Shown here piece by piece: positions 35,908 to 45,866 of a DNA stretch of 64,000 nucleotides. The stretch comes from a bacterium UBP14_UBA6098 (GTDB lineage Bacteria > UBP14 > UBA6098). The notes beneath the pieces are model-generated. The model was given only the letters and a program-made list of their open reading frames with translations. It made no database searches and was not told the DNA's origin. Numbering within the stretch: position 1 is the first letter of the stretch; each line of letters opens with the position of its first letter. Location: assembly GCA_002428525.1 (NCBI GenBank), contig DIWU01000030.1:42009-106008 (forward strand), in the 5' to 3' direction. The position numbers were made by a program, and so were the translations under genes.

Positions 35908-38900
35908 TTAGCGGACGAGAACCATCCTGCCACCGGCCTTGAACTCGCCGGCGGTCATGCGGTAGAAGTAAACACCGCTCGAAACTTCTCTTCCGAAGTC
36001 ATCGTTGCCGTTCCAGACGACGCGATGGGTTCCGGGGGTGAAGTTATCGTTGACGACCGTGCTGATCTTGCGGCCCATCATATCGAACACTTCGAGGTTG
36101 ACCTTGGAGTCGGTCGGGATATCGAAGCTGATGGCGCAAGCGGCGTTGAAGGGGTTCGGAGCCGCGCCGCGGAGTGCGAAGTCGGTCGGGACTTCGATTC
36201 TGCGTTTTGCGGTGTAGATTCCCGGATTCAGCGTCACTTTGCCCTCGCCGGAGAGAACGATCTCAATACCCATTCCCTCGAGGACGAGGCCTTCCGGAGC
36301 TTGACCTTCCCAGCTCATCTCGACTGGCGAGAGGGCGCTGACAACAATGGTCCAGCCGTCGGAATTGCGGATGTCCTTGACCATGCGGCCAAATTTCGTT
36401 CCCTCGATATAGACATCGAAGGTAGCGCCGGGAACTGCGGGCGGAATCGGCATATCGAGGCCGCGCTCGTATTCGACCGTGGCGTCTTTGTGGCCGCCGA
36501 TGACTATTTCGCGGACTGCATCGCCGGAGAAGGTCATCTTTGTTGTCCACTCGGGCTCGATCACTTCGGTCGGAATCGCTCTGGGCGCGCCGCCGTAGCT
36601 AACCGCAACATTGAGCTGAGCGGTCGTGAACGGAGCCGGCGGATCGACGAAGTTCCAGTAGCCATAGCCCGCGACAATAACGTCGGAGAAGGCGTAGGAG
36701 CCGGTCATCGGATCGAGATAGTAAACGATAGGCTCGCAGGAGCCGTCGGGGGTGTCGTTCGGATCGAGGATCGAAACGCCGCCGAAGTCGTAAACGCTAC
36801 CGATCGTATTCCAACCCTTGTTCAGCGTGACCGTGTATTCCATGATCGGGGTTCCCGGAATCGTGAAGTAGATCGGGTCGTCGGCTTCGGGGCCGGGGGT
36901 GTAAAGAACCATATAGGCCCTTCCCGGTCTAACGATCTCGGGATGAACATAAGGCGGTGTTCCGCCGGTGTATTCCCAAACATCAGCCGCGTTGACCATC
37001 GGGAAAACCGCGGCGATAGTGGGATCGACCGGCTCGACCGGAACGGAAACGAGGTTCCATCCGGCTGTGAGTATCATCACGCGACGGGTGACATTGATCA
37101 CGATAGCCTCGCCGGGGCCGAAGCAATACTCCGCGGAGCCGCGCATATCGACGACATCGTTGATAACGAAGCTACCGAGTGCGGGAAGATCGGCCGGATT
37201 CCAGCGAATACATCCACTCTGGGAACCGGTGTAGAGCGTCCAAGACCATGTGTCGGTGTCGAGACCGAGATAGTCTTGGCGAAGCGGAGTGCCTTCAACC
37301 GGCGTCAAGAACGCAAGCGGTGTGACAGTCGGCGGGAACGGCGGAAGCAGTTCGTCGAGGCCGGCGTCGAATTCCGCAGTCGCTCCGAAGAACGAACCGA
37401 AGGAATAAATATCAACCATTGTAGTCTCGTCGCCCCAGAACTCGACATCGACCTTCCAGCCGGGATTCACGAAGAAATCGAACTGGTAAACAGGCAGGAA
37501 GTTCGGGTCGGGGCAAGCGTAATCCGGAGCATCGGCGGTCGAAACCTCAACCGCTACACGATAGGTCGTGAAGTCGAAGTCGATGCCGGCGATAGCCAGA
37601 TCCAACCAGAGTTCGCCGAGATCGGGATCCCAAGCGAAGACACCCGGGAAGGTCGCCTCGTCAACTATGTGGCGAACGAAGGTTTCTTCATCGGTGTAAA
37701 CATCGACCGTGAACTGCGTAAGCGCGGGGTCGAGTCCGGCAATATCGTCCGTGCCGATCATGATGAATTCGGGCGAGACGATAGCGGTGCTACCATTCTC
37801 GGGCGAGGTCCAAAGGATCGCCGGAGCGGAATAGTCGGCATAGAAACCACCGGTGAGCGGAGTGTCATCGCTCATATTGCCGGCGACATCGGAAACCCTG
37901 TTCAGCGCCCATGTCACTAAGCCCTCGGGATAGTCCGAAGTAGGCGTGAATGTAAGGTTCGTTCCATCCCATGTCAGTCTCGGGTTGCCCCAGTCATAGA
38001 CGATATGGTTCACCGTCATGCGGAACATGCTCGGGTCGATACCGAAATCGTCGGTCACTTGGATGACAATCGGCTGTCTCGGGCAGGCCGAGATTGACAT
38101 GTCCACGGGCTCGACGATAGCGACGGCCGGAACGTGATTGTCAACAGTGAAACTCCAGCAATACGGAAGGCCGACACCCGGGTTGCCCCATAGTGTGCAA
38201 CGATTTTGCGGATTATCGTAGGCCGCTGTCAGACAAACATCGACAGTTGCGCCGTGGGCATAATAGAAACCCTCGATCTCGGTGTCGATCGTGATCCTGC
38301 CGCCGCCCGGGATATCCTCCCAGAAAACACCCGGATCGACGAGCGGGTTGAAGTTCACGCCGCGAAGCTGAACATTAACGCCGTTGGGATCGATCATACC
38401 GCAAACCGCATCGAGAACATCGATCGAGAAGATCGGATAAGGTCCGCCGGTAATTCCGCCGTCTTCAGGATAGGTCGGACCGGCGAAGGGGCCGGAGAAA
38501 TCCATCCAGAAGCGCCAGCTGAAAGCGCCGCCCCACATCGGGGCGCCGAGCCAATCCTCGGCCGAAAGGATAACACAGTTAACTTCCTGCGCATCGTAAA
38601 GGGCAAGAATGGTGGGCGGAACAAGCGCCATATCGAGGACGAACCTTCCCGGAAGAGTGATGTCCTCATAGAACGGGAAGACCTCAGTCGTCTCGGTGAT
38701 TGCGATTCCACCAATAACAGCTACTGTCTCGATTGTCACTATATTGTAGTTAACATCGAAAACGACATCCTCGACTTGGAATAGAACCGTGGTCGGGTTG
38801 ATGCCGTCGGGGTCGATCAGCTGGAAGGCGATCTGAGGAGCCTGGCAACCGGTGAACTCGTTGATGCCGGGAACCATATTGATCGGCATGGGGCCGTCCG

Positions 38901-40350
38901 CGACATAGAACGTCCAGCTGAGTGCCGAATGCCTAAGCGGATTGGCCTCGCAAACCTCGACGGAGTCCCAAACATTCCAAACCGTCACGGTGATCGTGTC
39001 GCCCTGAAGCCAGTTGACACCGGCGAGCGCGGGATAATAGGTCATCGTGAGGCCGTCCCAAGTGATCTCGGGGGTTGTCACTGCGTTCCAACTGACGTAT
39101 TCGATATACTCGCCGCCGGTGGTCGTGATGATGAAGTGGACGGTCGAAGGATCGACTGCGCCCCAAACATCGGTCATGTCCCAGCTGATGGGCTCTTGGA
39201 GATCCCTTGTCACAAATGCACTCGGCGGAACCGGATTGAAGACCGACGGGCCGGTGTTGTCGAAGCGAATCTTCCACGAGGTCCACGGATAGGCGCCGAA
39301 ATGCCAACCACTGGCGATATTGCCATGGATGTCGGTGACATAAGGCGGATAAATCGTGTAAACCGTGCCCTCATACCACTGGGGGTTCGGCGTGAAGGTA
39401 AACAGGGCCTCGGTGACGACGACATCGGTTTCAACAAGATAGGAATCGAGCGTGTCAACGACAATGCGATAGTTGCCCCAGTTGTAGCGGGTCGAATTGA
39501 CCATAATGTAGAAAGAGGACAGATCGATTCCGTTCTCGTCGGCGATGCGCCATGTGAGAGGCATATCGGAACAACCGGTCCAAAGAATATCACGCATGAA
39601 GGGGATCGGCTCGACGGGATAGCACTCGGGGCCGTCCGCGTCAACCCGGAAACCGAACTCGGGGCCGAGAGGCGCGATATTGGGAACGCCATAGTGCGGC
39701 GCATCCTGAGCGCCGGCCAATTGAACCGTCACCCAGTCGTTCTCGTCCCAAGCGATTCCCGCGATCGCGGGATCGAACTCGAAGAGATAGCCGCCGGCAA
39801 CCTCGGTGAGTGTGACGCCGACAGAGGCCTCGGTATAATCGACGCCCTTGATTTTGACGATAATACTGGCCGGATCGATAACACCGAACTCATCGACGAT
39901 AGTCATCGAGATCGGCTCGAGAACATTCGTCGTCACAATCGGCTCGAGCTCGTCGATCGCGCCGGGGGTGCGCGCGCTCATGAACGGCGCCGAAAGATCG
40001 ACAATGAATGTCGTGGCGAGAGGCGTTCCGGCAATCGGGTTGCCGTCGAGGTCGTTCGCCGCGAGGCTGAGGGTGTGCACACCCTCTGTCCAAACCGCCG
40101 GAGCGGTGAAGACGAGGTTGACGGGCGACCAAACGAGGTCTCCGCCGATTGTGTAGCCGGCGCCATCGACATCGAGGGCCACCGACGCTTGGTTGACATT
40201 AGCGGGCGCGCTAAAGACGTAGGATACGAGCTGGTTTGGAACCGAAGTCGTAAGACCGTCGATAGGCTGGGTAATAGCAACTCCTTGGGCTACGAGAGCA
40301 CCAACACCAAGGAGCAACATTAAAAACACTGCTGTAGCGTGCTTACGCAT
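35908..40350 (-). CDS. giant secreted Ig-like/adhesin-like repeat protein with T9SS C-terminal sorting domain (1480 aa)
   Basis: Signal peptide MRKHATAVFLMLLLGVGALVAQG. Long series of ~90-100 aa Ig-like repeats. C-terminus APNPFNAACAISFDIPTDSKVNLEVFDMMGRKISTVV...SGVYFYRMTAGEFKAGGRMVLVR is a T9SS CTD. Confidence 0.65.
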   Translation of the reverse strand: MRKHATAVFLMLLLGVGALVAQGVAITQPIDGLTTSVPNQLVSYVFSAPANVNQASVALDVDGAGYTIGGDLVWSPVNLVFTAPAVWTEGVHTLSLAANDLDGNPIAGTPLATTFIVDLSAPFMSARTPGAIDELEPIVTTNVLEPISMTIVDEFGVIDPASIIVKIKGVDYTEASVGVTLTEVAGGYLFEFDPAIAGIAWDENDWVTVQLAGAQDAPHYGVPNIAPLGPEFGFRVDADGPECYPVEPIPFMRDILWTGCSDMPLTWRIADENGIDLSSFYIMVNSTRYNWGNYRIVVDTLDSYLVETDVVVTEALFTFTPNPQWYEGTVYTIYPPYVTDIHGNIASGWHFGAYPWTSWKIRFDNTGPSVFNPVPPSAFVTRDLQEPISWDMTDVWGAVDPSTVHFIITTTGGEYIEYVSWNAVTTPEITWDGLTMTYYPALAGVNWLQGDTITVTVWNVWDSVEVCEANPLRHSALSWTFYVADGPMPINMVPGINEFTGCQAPQIAFQLIDPDGINPTTVLFQVEDVVFDVNYNIVTIETVAVIGGIAITETTEVFPFYEDITLPGRFVLDMALVPPTILALYDAQEVNCVILSAEDWLGAPMWGGAFSWRFWMDFSGPFAGPTYPEDGGITGGPYPIFSIDVLDAVCGMIDPNGVNVQLRGVNFNPLVDPGVFWEDIPGGGRITIDTEIEGFYYAHGATVDVCLTAAYDNPQNRCTLWGNPGVGLPYCWSFTVDNHVPAVAIVEPVDMSISACPRQPIVIQVTDDFGIDPSMFRMTVNHIVYDWGNPRLTWDGTNLTFTPTSDYPEGLVTWALNRVSDVAGNMSDDTPLTGGFYADYSAPAILWTSPENGSTAIVSPEFIMIGTDDIAGLDPALTQFTVDVYTDEETFVRHIVDEATFPGVFAWDPDLGELWLDLAIAGIDFDFTTYRVAVEVSTADAPDYACPDPNFLPVYQFDFFVNPGWKVDVEFWGDETTMVDIYSFGSFFGATAEFDAGLDELLPPFPPTVTPLAFLTPVEGTPLRQDYLGLDTDTWSWTLYTGSQSGCIRWNPADLPALGSFVINDVVDMRGSAEYCFGPGEAIVINVTRRVMILTAGWNLVSVPVEPVDPTIAAVFPMVNAADVWEYTGGTPPYVHPEIVRPGRAYMVLYTPGPEADDPIYFTIPGTPIMEYTVTLNKGWNTIGSVYDFGGVSILDPNDTPDGSCEPIVYYLDPMTGSYAFSDVIVAGYGYWNFVDPPAPFTTAQLNVAVSYGGAPRAIPTEVIEPEWTTKMTFSGDAVREIVIGGHKDATVEYERGLDMPIPPAVPGATFDVYIEGTKFGRMVKDIRNSDGWTIVVSALSPVEMSWEGQAPEGLVLEGMGIEIVLSGEGKVTLNPGIYTAKRRIEVPTDFALRGAAPNPFNAACAISFDIPTDSKVNLEVFDMMGRKISTVVNDNFTPGTHRVVWNGNDDFGREVSSGVYFYRMTAGEFKAGGRMVLVR

Positions 40351-40533
40351 CGCATACCCTCCATTCGTTTTTTGGGTTATTAATTACTGTTAATTTCTCA
40401 TAAACGGACATTTTGCACCGTTCAATAATTCATCGAAACAAGTTAAATCTGAATACCTTATATGTCAAGGACAAAATCTCGCCTCGACAATTCATAATAG
40501 ATATTTTATCGATGCGCAAATATGCATCATTTT

Positions 40534-40563
40534 AAAAAAAGACCCCCGTCACCGAGGGCCTTT
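40534..40563 (-). terminator. possible rho-independent terminator after the OM barrel/OmpA gene
   Basis: On the minus strand, GGCCCUC-GGUGAC-GGGGGUC (7-bp stem with two G-U pairs) followed by U7, ~20 nt after the stop at 40582. Confidence 0.35.
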
Positions 40564-40581
40564 CTCGCCCAAGCTTATATT

Positions 40582-43500
40582 CTATTCGGCTTTCGATTGA
40601 GGTGAAACCTCTTCTGTGCCGGTTCCTTCTTTCTCCATGAGGAAATCGATGACCACACGGCGGTTGATCGATCTACCCTCTGGAAGTTCGTTATTGCCGA
40701 TTGTTTCTTCGATTAGGGCATTGTCGGCCCATTTTGTAATCACATAGGGCTCGGCATCGGCGTTGCCCTTGTAGGTCAAGGTTGTGTTATGGGCGCGGAG
40801 CCACGCCGAAAGCTCGGCGTTGTCGGCCAGTCCCAAAAGATAGATCAGATAGCGCCTGAGGTTCTCCTCTTCCTTCATCGCGCGCTGAATCGAAAGCTCG
40901 CGGTTGCGATGATCCATACCGATAACATCGGTGTGGCCGGAAACGACCGCGGTGAGCTTAACCTTCGGCTCGAGAGCCTTCTCGATGAAGCGGCGGGCGA
41001 CATACTCGACCCTGCTCTCGAGGAAGCCGGACTCGGAGATCTTCTCGTCGAAGGCGAACTCGACGATAACGAGGGTCTCCATCTGTTGCTGGCGCTTGGT
41101 CACCTCGACCGCGATGGGGTCGGAGAGCGTCGTGAAGGTTTGGCCAAGGCGGTCGCGTATTTCGAGCTTGCAGAAATACTGCTCGGTCGGGTTTATGAGG
41201 TTTCCGTTGGCGTCCTTCCAGTCCCACGGCGCGCCCTCGGGGATCTTGCCGCTACCCTTAGCGAGTATGCGGAAGAGATTGCCCTCGGAATCGACGATCG
41301 ACACGGTGAAGGTGTCAACGCCGGCCTCGACGTCGCTGGTTATATGCACAAAGTTGACTTGCTCGTTGTTAAGCTCGTAGCCCTTGGCGGCCATAGTGCC
41401 CTCGAGCGGGCGATAAATAAGGCCTTCGCCGTCGATCATGACCTCGACCTTGCCGCGGTCGGCATACTCGTCGGTGTTGCCGCGGATGAAGAGGCGCTTG
41501 CCGAAGCGCTGGACGAAGTCGTCTCCGAGGACCTCGCCAAGCCTCTGTTTGACTTGGAAGGCGCGGTCGAAGGAGAGCTTGACGCGCTGATTCTCGGAGG
41601 TTACCTCGTCGGAGGAAACGAAGCCCTCTATCGAGAAGATGATCTCGGGGTTATTTTCCATGACCCTGCGGATATCGTCGGCGCGCTTGCGAAGATCGCC
41701 GAGATTCGAGGCCTCGACCTTGTCGGAGCCTTTGTCGAAATAGATAACCGGATTCCAGTCCTCGAAGCCCCTCACGCGCGTGACCATCTGTGCGCGGCGG
41801 TTCTCGGCCATCGACAGCGGAACATCCTCAGGCATATGCTCGATCGGAAGCCCCGCGCGCGGGCGGCTGGTGCTGTAGGTGAGCGGATCGACGACATGAA
41901 TCCTGTCCGCGGCGACCTGCTCGAAACGCATGAAGACACTGCGAGCGGCCTTCGCCCTGTTTTCGGCGAGCCTATCGCCGAGGGCCGGAGTCACGCCGTC
42001 GGACTCGGGGTCATAGTAACCGTAAATATCAATGTCAATATCGGGGTTCTCGCGAAGCCTTGCGCCGAGGATCTCCTGCAGTGGGTGGAATCTGTCGTGG
42101 ATGCGGTCGTTGCCCGGGGCGAAGAAGAAGATCGGCACAACCGGCTCCTCCTCGCGGACAAGCGTCACTTGGCTGATCTCGAGGGTATTCTCGATCGGCG
42201 TGACAGTTCCCTTCGGCAGGCCGAAGACATCGACCTCGACCGCGCCGGTGTTGTTCTCCTCGTCGAACTCGCTTATATAGTTGCGGAGGGCGGGGAGAAT
42301 CGAGCCGTCGTCGTCGACGCTGGCGAAGAGCTGGTAATGGCCGCGGTTGGGGGCCGTCCACTTGAACTCGAGCTCCTTCGATTCGCCGACCTCGAGCTTC
42401 TCATCGACATTGACCGGCTGAACCGCGCGAACCCATCCCTGCGCGGGGTCGTCGTAATACAGGCTGACCCAGTAGCTCTTGACCGCCTTTTCGCCGAGGT
42501 TCTCGACCTTGGCCTTGACTGTGATGACCTCGCCGATCTGCGCGTCGCGCGGATAGACGCTCATATTGCTACTCCTGAGCGCCAGATCGAAGAGCTTCTC
42601 CGGCGGGGGCAGGAAGCGCAGGCTCGCGGAGATCTTGTGGCTTGTAGCGCCGGTCTCGCGAACCTCGGAAAGCGGATAAATGAAGACGTAATCGATCTGA
42701 AGATCGAGCGCTTTTTTGCTACGATAGGTGAAGCCGAAGCTGGCCTCGGTCGGGTCGTAACCGTCGCCGCCGAAGCTGGCGTTATAGCCGCCGCGGAGCG
42801 CGAGGGCCTTGCCCGGGAACCACCATTCCACGCCGTTGTAATGGTGGATTTGGTTCCCGCCGTTGACCTCGTCCATGATATATTGGATATCCATCGCGGG
42901 GAGCAGGGCATCCTGAATCCAGTAGCTCGCGCCCGCGCGAATCGACATCGGAATCACGCCGTCCTCGCCGACGGTTTTGAAGCTCATGTCGGGCTGAGTG
43001 AGGTTCGCGGCCATGAGGCCGAGGGCGAACTGCCTGTTGGGGCGATACATAAAACCGACATCGCCGGTGAAGCCCATCTTATCCCAGCCGTCGTTGAAGA
43101 ACGGGTCCTCGCGGGGATCGACGATAGTCATTCCGGGAGGAGCGGGCGAGCCGGAGGTGAAGGTGATATTATTCTGCACGACCTCGTTGCGCAGAAGGCG
43201 GCCGTTGACGCCGAGGCTGAGCTTATTGCCGATATTGTGCGAATAGCTCAATGTCACTCTGGACTCGCGCCAGATATTGGAGAAGAGCATAACGGCGTTG
43301 ATACCGAGGTCGCCGGACTTTCTGAAGTGGTGAATATATCCGAGCTGGCCTTGGCCGATAGCGTCGTTATCGATGCCCCAATAGAGCCTCGAAAACATGC
43401 CGCTAAGTATCCGCTCTTTGTAGAAGCTCATTCCTGCAGGGTTCCAGAGCGCCGCGTTTCCGTCGTCCGCGATCGCCACGAAGGAGCGACCCATTCCGAG

Positions 43501-43599
43501 CGGCCTTGCGCCGAGGTTATCCTCGATATCTCTCGCGAAGAGAGACGGCACTGCGGCGGCGATCAGGAATAAGACAAAAAACAACCGCAACATTTTCAT
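40582..43599 (-). CDS. large outer-membrane protein: N-terminal beta-barrel-like domain, CARDB-like domain and OmpA-like peptidoglycan-binding domain(s)
   Basis: The ATG at 43599 (MKMLRLFFVLFLIAAAVPSLFA signal peptide) follows a GGGAGGA RBS; the ORF track extends to 43635. N-terminal ~340 aa has alternating amphipathic strands rich in aromatic/Gly typical of OM barrels. A CARDB-like segment GEVITVKAKVENLGEKAVKSYWVSLYY follows. OmpA-like motifs are VSGHTDVIGMDHRNRELSIQRAMK and a weaker upstream copy. Confidence 0.55.
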   Translation of the reverse strand: MKMLRLFFVLFLIAAAVPSLFARDIEDNLGARPLGMGRSFVAIADDGNAALWNPAGMSFYKERILSGMFSRLYWGIDNDAIGQGQLGYIHHFRKSGDLGINAVMLFSNIWRESRVTLSYSHNIGNKLSLGVNGRLLRNEVVQNNITFTSGSPAPPGMTIVDPREDPFFNDGWDKMGFTGDVGFMYRPNRQFALGLMAANLTQPDMSFKTVGEDGVIPMSIRAGASYWIQDALLPAMDIQYIMDEVNGGNQIHHYNGVEWWFPGKALALRGGYNASFGGDGYDPTEASFGFTYRSKKALDLQIDYVFIYPLSEVRETGATSHKISASLRFLPPPEKLFDLALRSSNMSVYPRDAQIGEVITVKAKVENLGEKAVKSYWVSLYYDDPAQGWVRAVQPVNVDEKLEVGESKELEFKWTAPNRGHYQLFASVDDDGSILPALRNYISEFDEENNTGAVEVDVFGLPKGTVTPIENTLEISQVTLVREEEPVVPIFFFAPGNDRIHDRFHPLQEILGARLRENPDIDIDIYGYYDPESDGVTPALGDRLAENRAKAARSVFMRFEQVAADRIHVVDPLTYSTSRPRAGLPIEHMPEDVPLSMAENRRAQMVTRVRGFEDWNPVIYFDKGSDKVEASNLGDLRKRADDIRRVMENNPEIIFSIEGFVSSDEVTSENQRVKLSFDRAFQVKQRLGEVLGDDFVQRFGKRLFIRGNTDEYADRGKVEVMIDGEGLIYRPLEGTMAAKGYELNNEQVNFVHITSDVEAGVDTFTVSIVDSEGNLFRILAKGSGKIPEGAPWDWKDANGNLINPTEQYFCKLEIRDRLGQTFTTLSDPIAVEVTKRQQQMETLVIVEFAFDEKISESGFLESRVEYVARRFIEKALEPKVKLTAVVSGHTDVIGMDHRNRELSIQRAMKEEENLRRYLIYLLGLADNAELSAWLRAHNTTLTYKGNADAEPYVITKWADNALIEETIGNNELPEGRSINRRVVIDFLMEKEGTGTEEVSPQSKAE

Positions 43600-43786
43600 A
43601 ACTATCCTCCCGACTAAGGGAAATACATTCGACATTTTAAGACTCGTTAAATAAGTATAAATAATCTATTTTCTATCCGCAAGCGCTTTTTGAATTTAAT
43701 GTATAAAAGAATTCTCTATTCAAAAAAAATTTTATCCCGCTTCCGCGGTGTATATGTTTTTAAAATAAGCGTTTAGCTCGATTGAT

Positions 43787-44197
43787 TCAATCCAGCACCT
43801 CGATTTTGACCAAACCCGTGCCGCGTTCGACGAGGCCGATTTTCTGCGCGGCACTCTTCGACAGGTCTATAACACGCGCCTTTTCGAAGGGTCCGCGGTC
43901 GTTGATAATTACCTCGACGGATTTTCGCGTGTCCAAGGATGTCACTCGAACCTTAGTTCCCAGCGGCAATGTTCGGTGCGCCGCGGTGAGTGCGTTCATA
44001 TCGAAGATTTGTCCGCTGGAGGTCGGCAGGCCGTGGAATTGGTCTGCATAATAGCTTGCCATGCCCACCTGAGTTTTGAAGGTGAACTGGCCCGGCTTGC
44101 CCTTGACCGGGCGCCTCGCGATATATCGCGGCGCGGAGATACACCCCGACAGCGAGGCCAGCGCGATTGTAACAATTATTAGCCGTGCTAATCTCAT
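43787..44197 (-). CDS. RlpA-family septal ring lytic transglycosylase lipoprotein (DPBB domain)
   Basis: Lipobox LSGC. GMASYYADQFHGLPTSSGQIFDMNALTAAHRTLPLGTKVRVTSLDTRKSVEVIINDRGPF matches the RlpA double-psi beta-barrel. Confidence 0.75.
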   Translation of the reverse strand: MRLARLIIVTIALASLSGCISAPRYIARRPVKGKPGQFTFKTQVGMASYYADQFHGLPTSSGQIFDMNALTAAHRTLPLGTKVRVTSLDTRKSVEVIINDRGPFEKARVIDLSKSAAQKIGLVERGTGLVKIEVLD

Positions 44198-45129
44198 TAA
44201 CCCTCGATTATCAGCGCTCCGGTGATATCGCGTGCGCCGGCGAAGTCGAAGAACTCACAATACTCGGCTATCCCGCGGATAACCTCCAAGGGCAGGTGCG
44301 GCGAGCGGAAAATCCCCGAACCGACCTGAACGGCCGAGGCGCCGGCGAGCATATGGGCGATTGCGTCCCCGGCCTCCGAGATGCCGCCGATACCGACGAT
44401 CGGAATATCGGGCAGGGCGCTGTGAAGTGTGAACACCTTGGCCAGCGCGACAGGCCGAATCGCCGGCCCGGAAAGCCCCGCGAAGATATTCCCTATCCGC
44501 GGGACTCGCCGCCCGACATCGATCTCCATGCCGGTGAGCGTGTTTATCGCGCAAAGCGCGTCGGCGCCGCCGTTTACCGCAGACCTTCCGATGAGGGCGA
44601 TATCGGTGGCATCCGGTGTGAGCTTGACCCAAAGCGGCTTTGCGGTTAGCGGTCTCAGAGTCGCGACCAGCGACTCGACTGTCTCCGGCGAGGTTCCGAA
44701 GGCCAGCCCGCCCTCTTTGACATTGGGACAGCTGACATTGATCTCGATCGCGTCGATACATTCTATCGGGTCGAGCCGGCGGACAAGCTCCTCGAAATCC
44801 TCGAAAACCTTGCCGGCAATACTGACGACGACCGCGCAACCCACATCATTCAGAAATGGGATCTCCTTCTCGATGAAGACCTCGATTCCGGGGTTCGCAA
44901 GGCCGATAGAGTTGAGCATCCCCGAGGGGGTTTCCCATAGGCGCGGTGCGGGGTTGCCCGCCCTCGGCTCGCGGGTGACTGTCTTCGTGACGATTCCGCC
45001 CAAGAGCGACAGATCGAAAAGCTCGCCGTATTCCCTGCCGACGCCGAAGCAACCGCTTGCGACGAGCACCGGATTTTTCAAGCGAACCGAGCCGACTGAA
45101 ACCGCGAGTTTGCTCATCTTTTCCCCCAT
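44197..45129 (-). CDS. pyrD: dihydroorotate dehydrogenase, class 1B catalytic subunit
   Basis: NPVLVASGCFG, NSIGLANPG and FMN-binding GIGGIS motifs. 310 aa. Overlaps the upstream pyrK. Confidence 0.85.
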   Translation of the reverse strand: MGEKMSKLAVSVGSVRLKNPVLVASGCFGVGREYGELFDLSLLGGIVTKTVTREPRAGNPAPRLWETPSGMLNSIGLANPGIEVFIEKEIPFLNDVGCAVVVSIAGKVFEDFEELVRRLDPIECIDAIEINVSCPNVKEGGLAFGTSPETVESLVATLRPLTAKPLWVKLTPDATDIALIGRSAVNGGADALCAINTLTGMEIDVGRRVPRIGNIFAGLSGPAIRPVALAKVFTLHSALPDIPIVGIGGISEAGDAIAHMLAGASAVQVGSGIFRSPHLPLEVIRGIAEYCEFFDFAGARDITGALIIEG

Positions 45130-45866
45130 TCGATCTTGCGCGCGTCGAAGACCGGGCCGTCTTTACAGACACGCTTGTATCCGTCTTTGGTCAATACGGC
45201 GCAACCTTGGCAGGCGCCGACTCCGCAGGCCATATGCTCCTCGAGCGAGACGAAGCAATCGACCTTCGCGCGTTTGCAGGCCTTGGCGACCGCCTCTAAC
45301 ATAGGCTCCGGGCCGCAGGCGAAGACGGGCAGAGGTGAAGCCGCGAGCCTTTTCCTTAAAAGCTTAACGACATTGCATTTCTCGCCGGCGGAACCGTCGT
45401 CTGTTGAAAGCTCGAAGTGGCAAAATTTTTCGCGCGAAAGGTCGCAAACCCAGTCCAGCGAGGGCTCGCCGTAAAGAAGCTCCGCTGAGGGCCATCTTCT
45501 GGAGGCGAAAAGCAGTGGCGCGATACCGATCCCGCCCGCGGCGAGGATCACCCCGCCCTTCGGGTCGGGGAAGCCGTTGCCCAAAGGCCCGAGAATTCGC
45601 ACCTCCCCGCCCTCGGAGAGGTTGGCGAGAAGTGCCGATCCCCATCCGACCACGCGGATAATCAGCTCGATCCGGCCCCATTCGGCTCCGGTGATCGCGA
45701 AGGGCCTGCGCAGAAAGGGGTCGAAGGTGGGAACGGTGTTGCATATCATGACGAACTGCCCCGGACGGGCGTCTTTTGCCACCTCCGGCGCGTCGATCGC
45801 GATTCGGATCGTGTCCCGCGCGACCAACCTCTTTTCGGTGACCTTGCCGACAACATCAACTGGCAT
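45114..45866 (-). CDS. pyrK: dihydroorotate dehydrogenase electron-transfer subunit (PyrK)
   Basis: FAD/NAD-binding fold plus a C-terminal 2Fe-2S Cys cluster CGVGACQGC. Immediately upstream of pyrD, overlapping. Confidence 0.8.
   Translation of the reverse strand: MPVDVVGKVTEKRLVARDTIRIAIDAPEVAKDARPGQFVMICNTVPTFDPFLRRPFAITGAEWGRIELIIRVVGWGSALLANLSEGGEVRILGPLGNGFPDPKGGVILAAGGIGIAPLLFASRRWPSAELLYGEPSLDWVCDLSREKFCHFELSTDDGSAGEKCNVVKLLRKRLAASPLPVFACGPEPMLEAVAKACKRAKVDCFVSLEEHMACGVGACQGCAVLTKDGYKRVCKDGPVFDARKIEWGKR

Noticed and set aside
35902-43572. Long antisense ORFs opposite the giant T9SS and OM-protein genes (35902-37920 +, 38929-40323 +, 40789-43572 +, 927 aa)
   Set aside because: Their products are Arg/Gly/Asp-rich low complexity characteristic of the reverse strand of high-GC coding DNA. 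The sense-strand proteins have clear domain signatures (signal peptides, Ig repeats, T9SS CTD, OmpA motifs).
43700-43750. Weak minus-strand hairpin (ccgcggaagcggg) followed by a T8 run downstream of rlpA, as terminator of the pyrK-pyrD-rlpA operon
   Set aside because: The stem is only 4 bp. The T-run belongs to a generally AT-rich promoter region for the next gene. Too weak to call with confidence.
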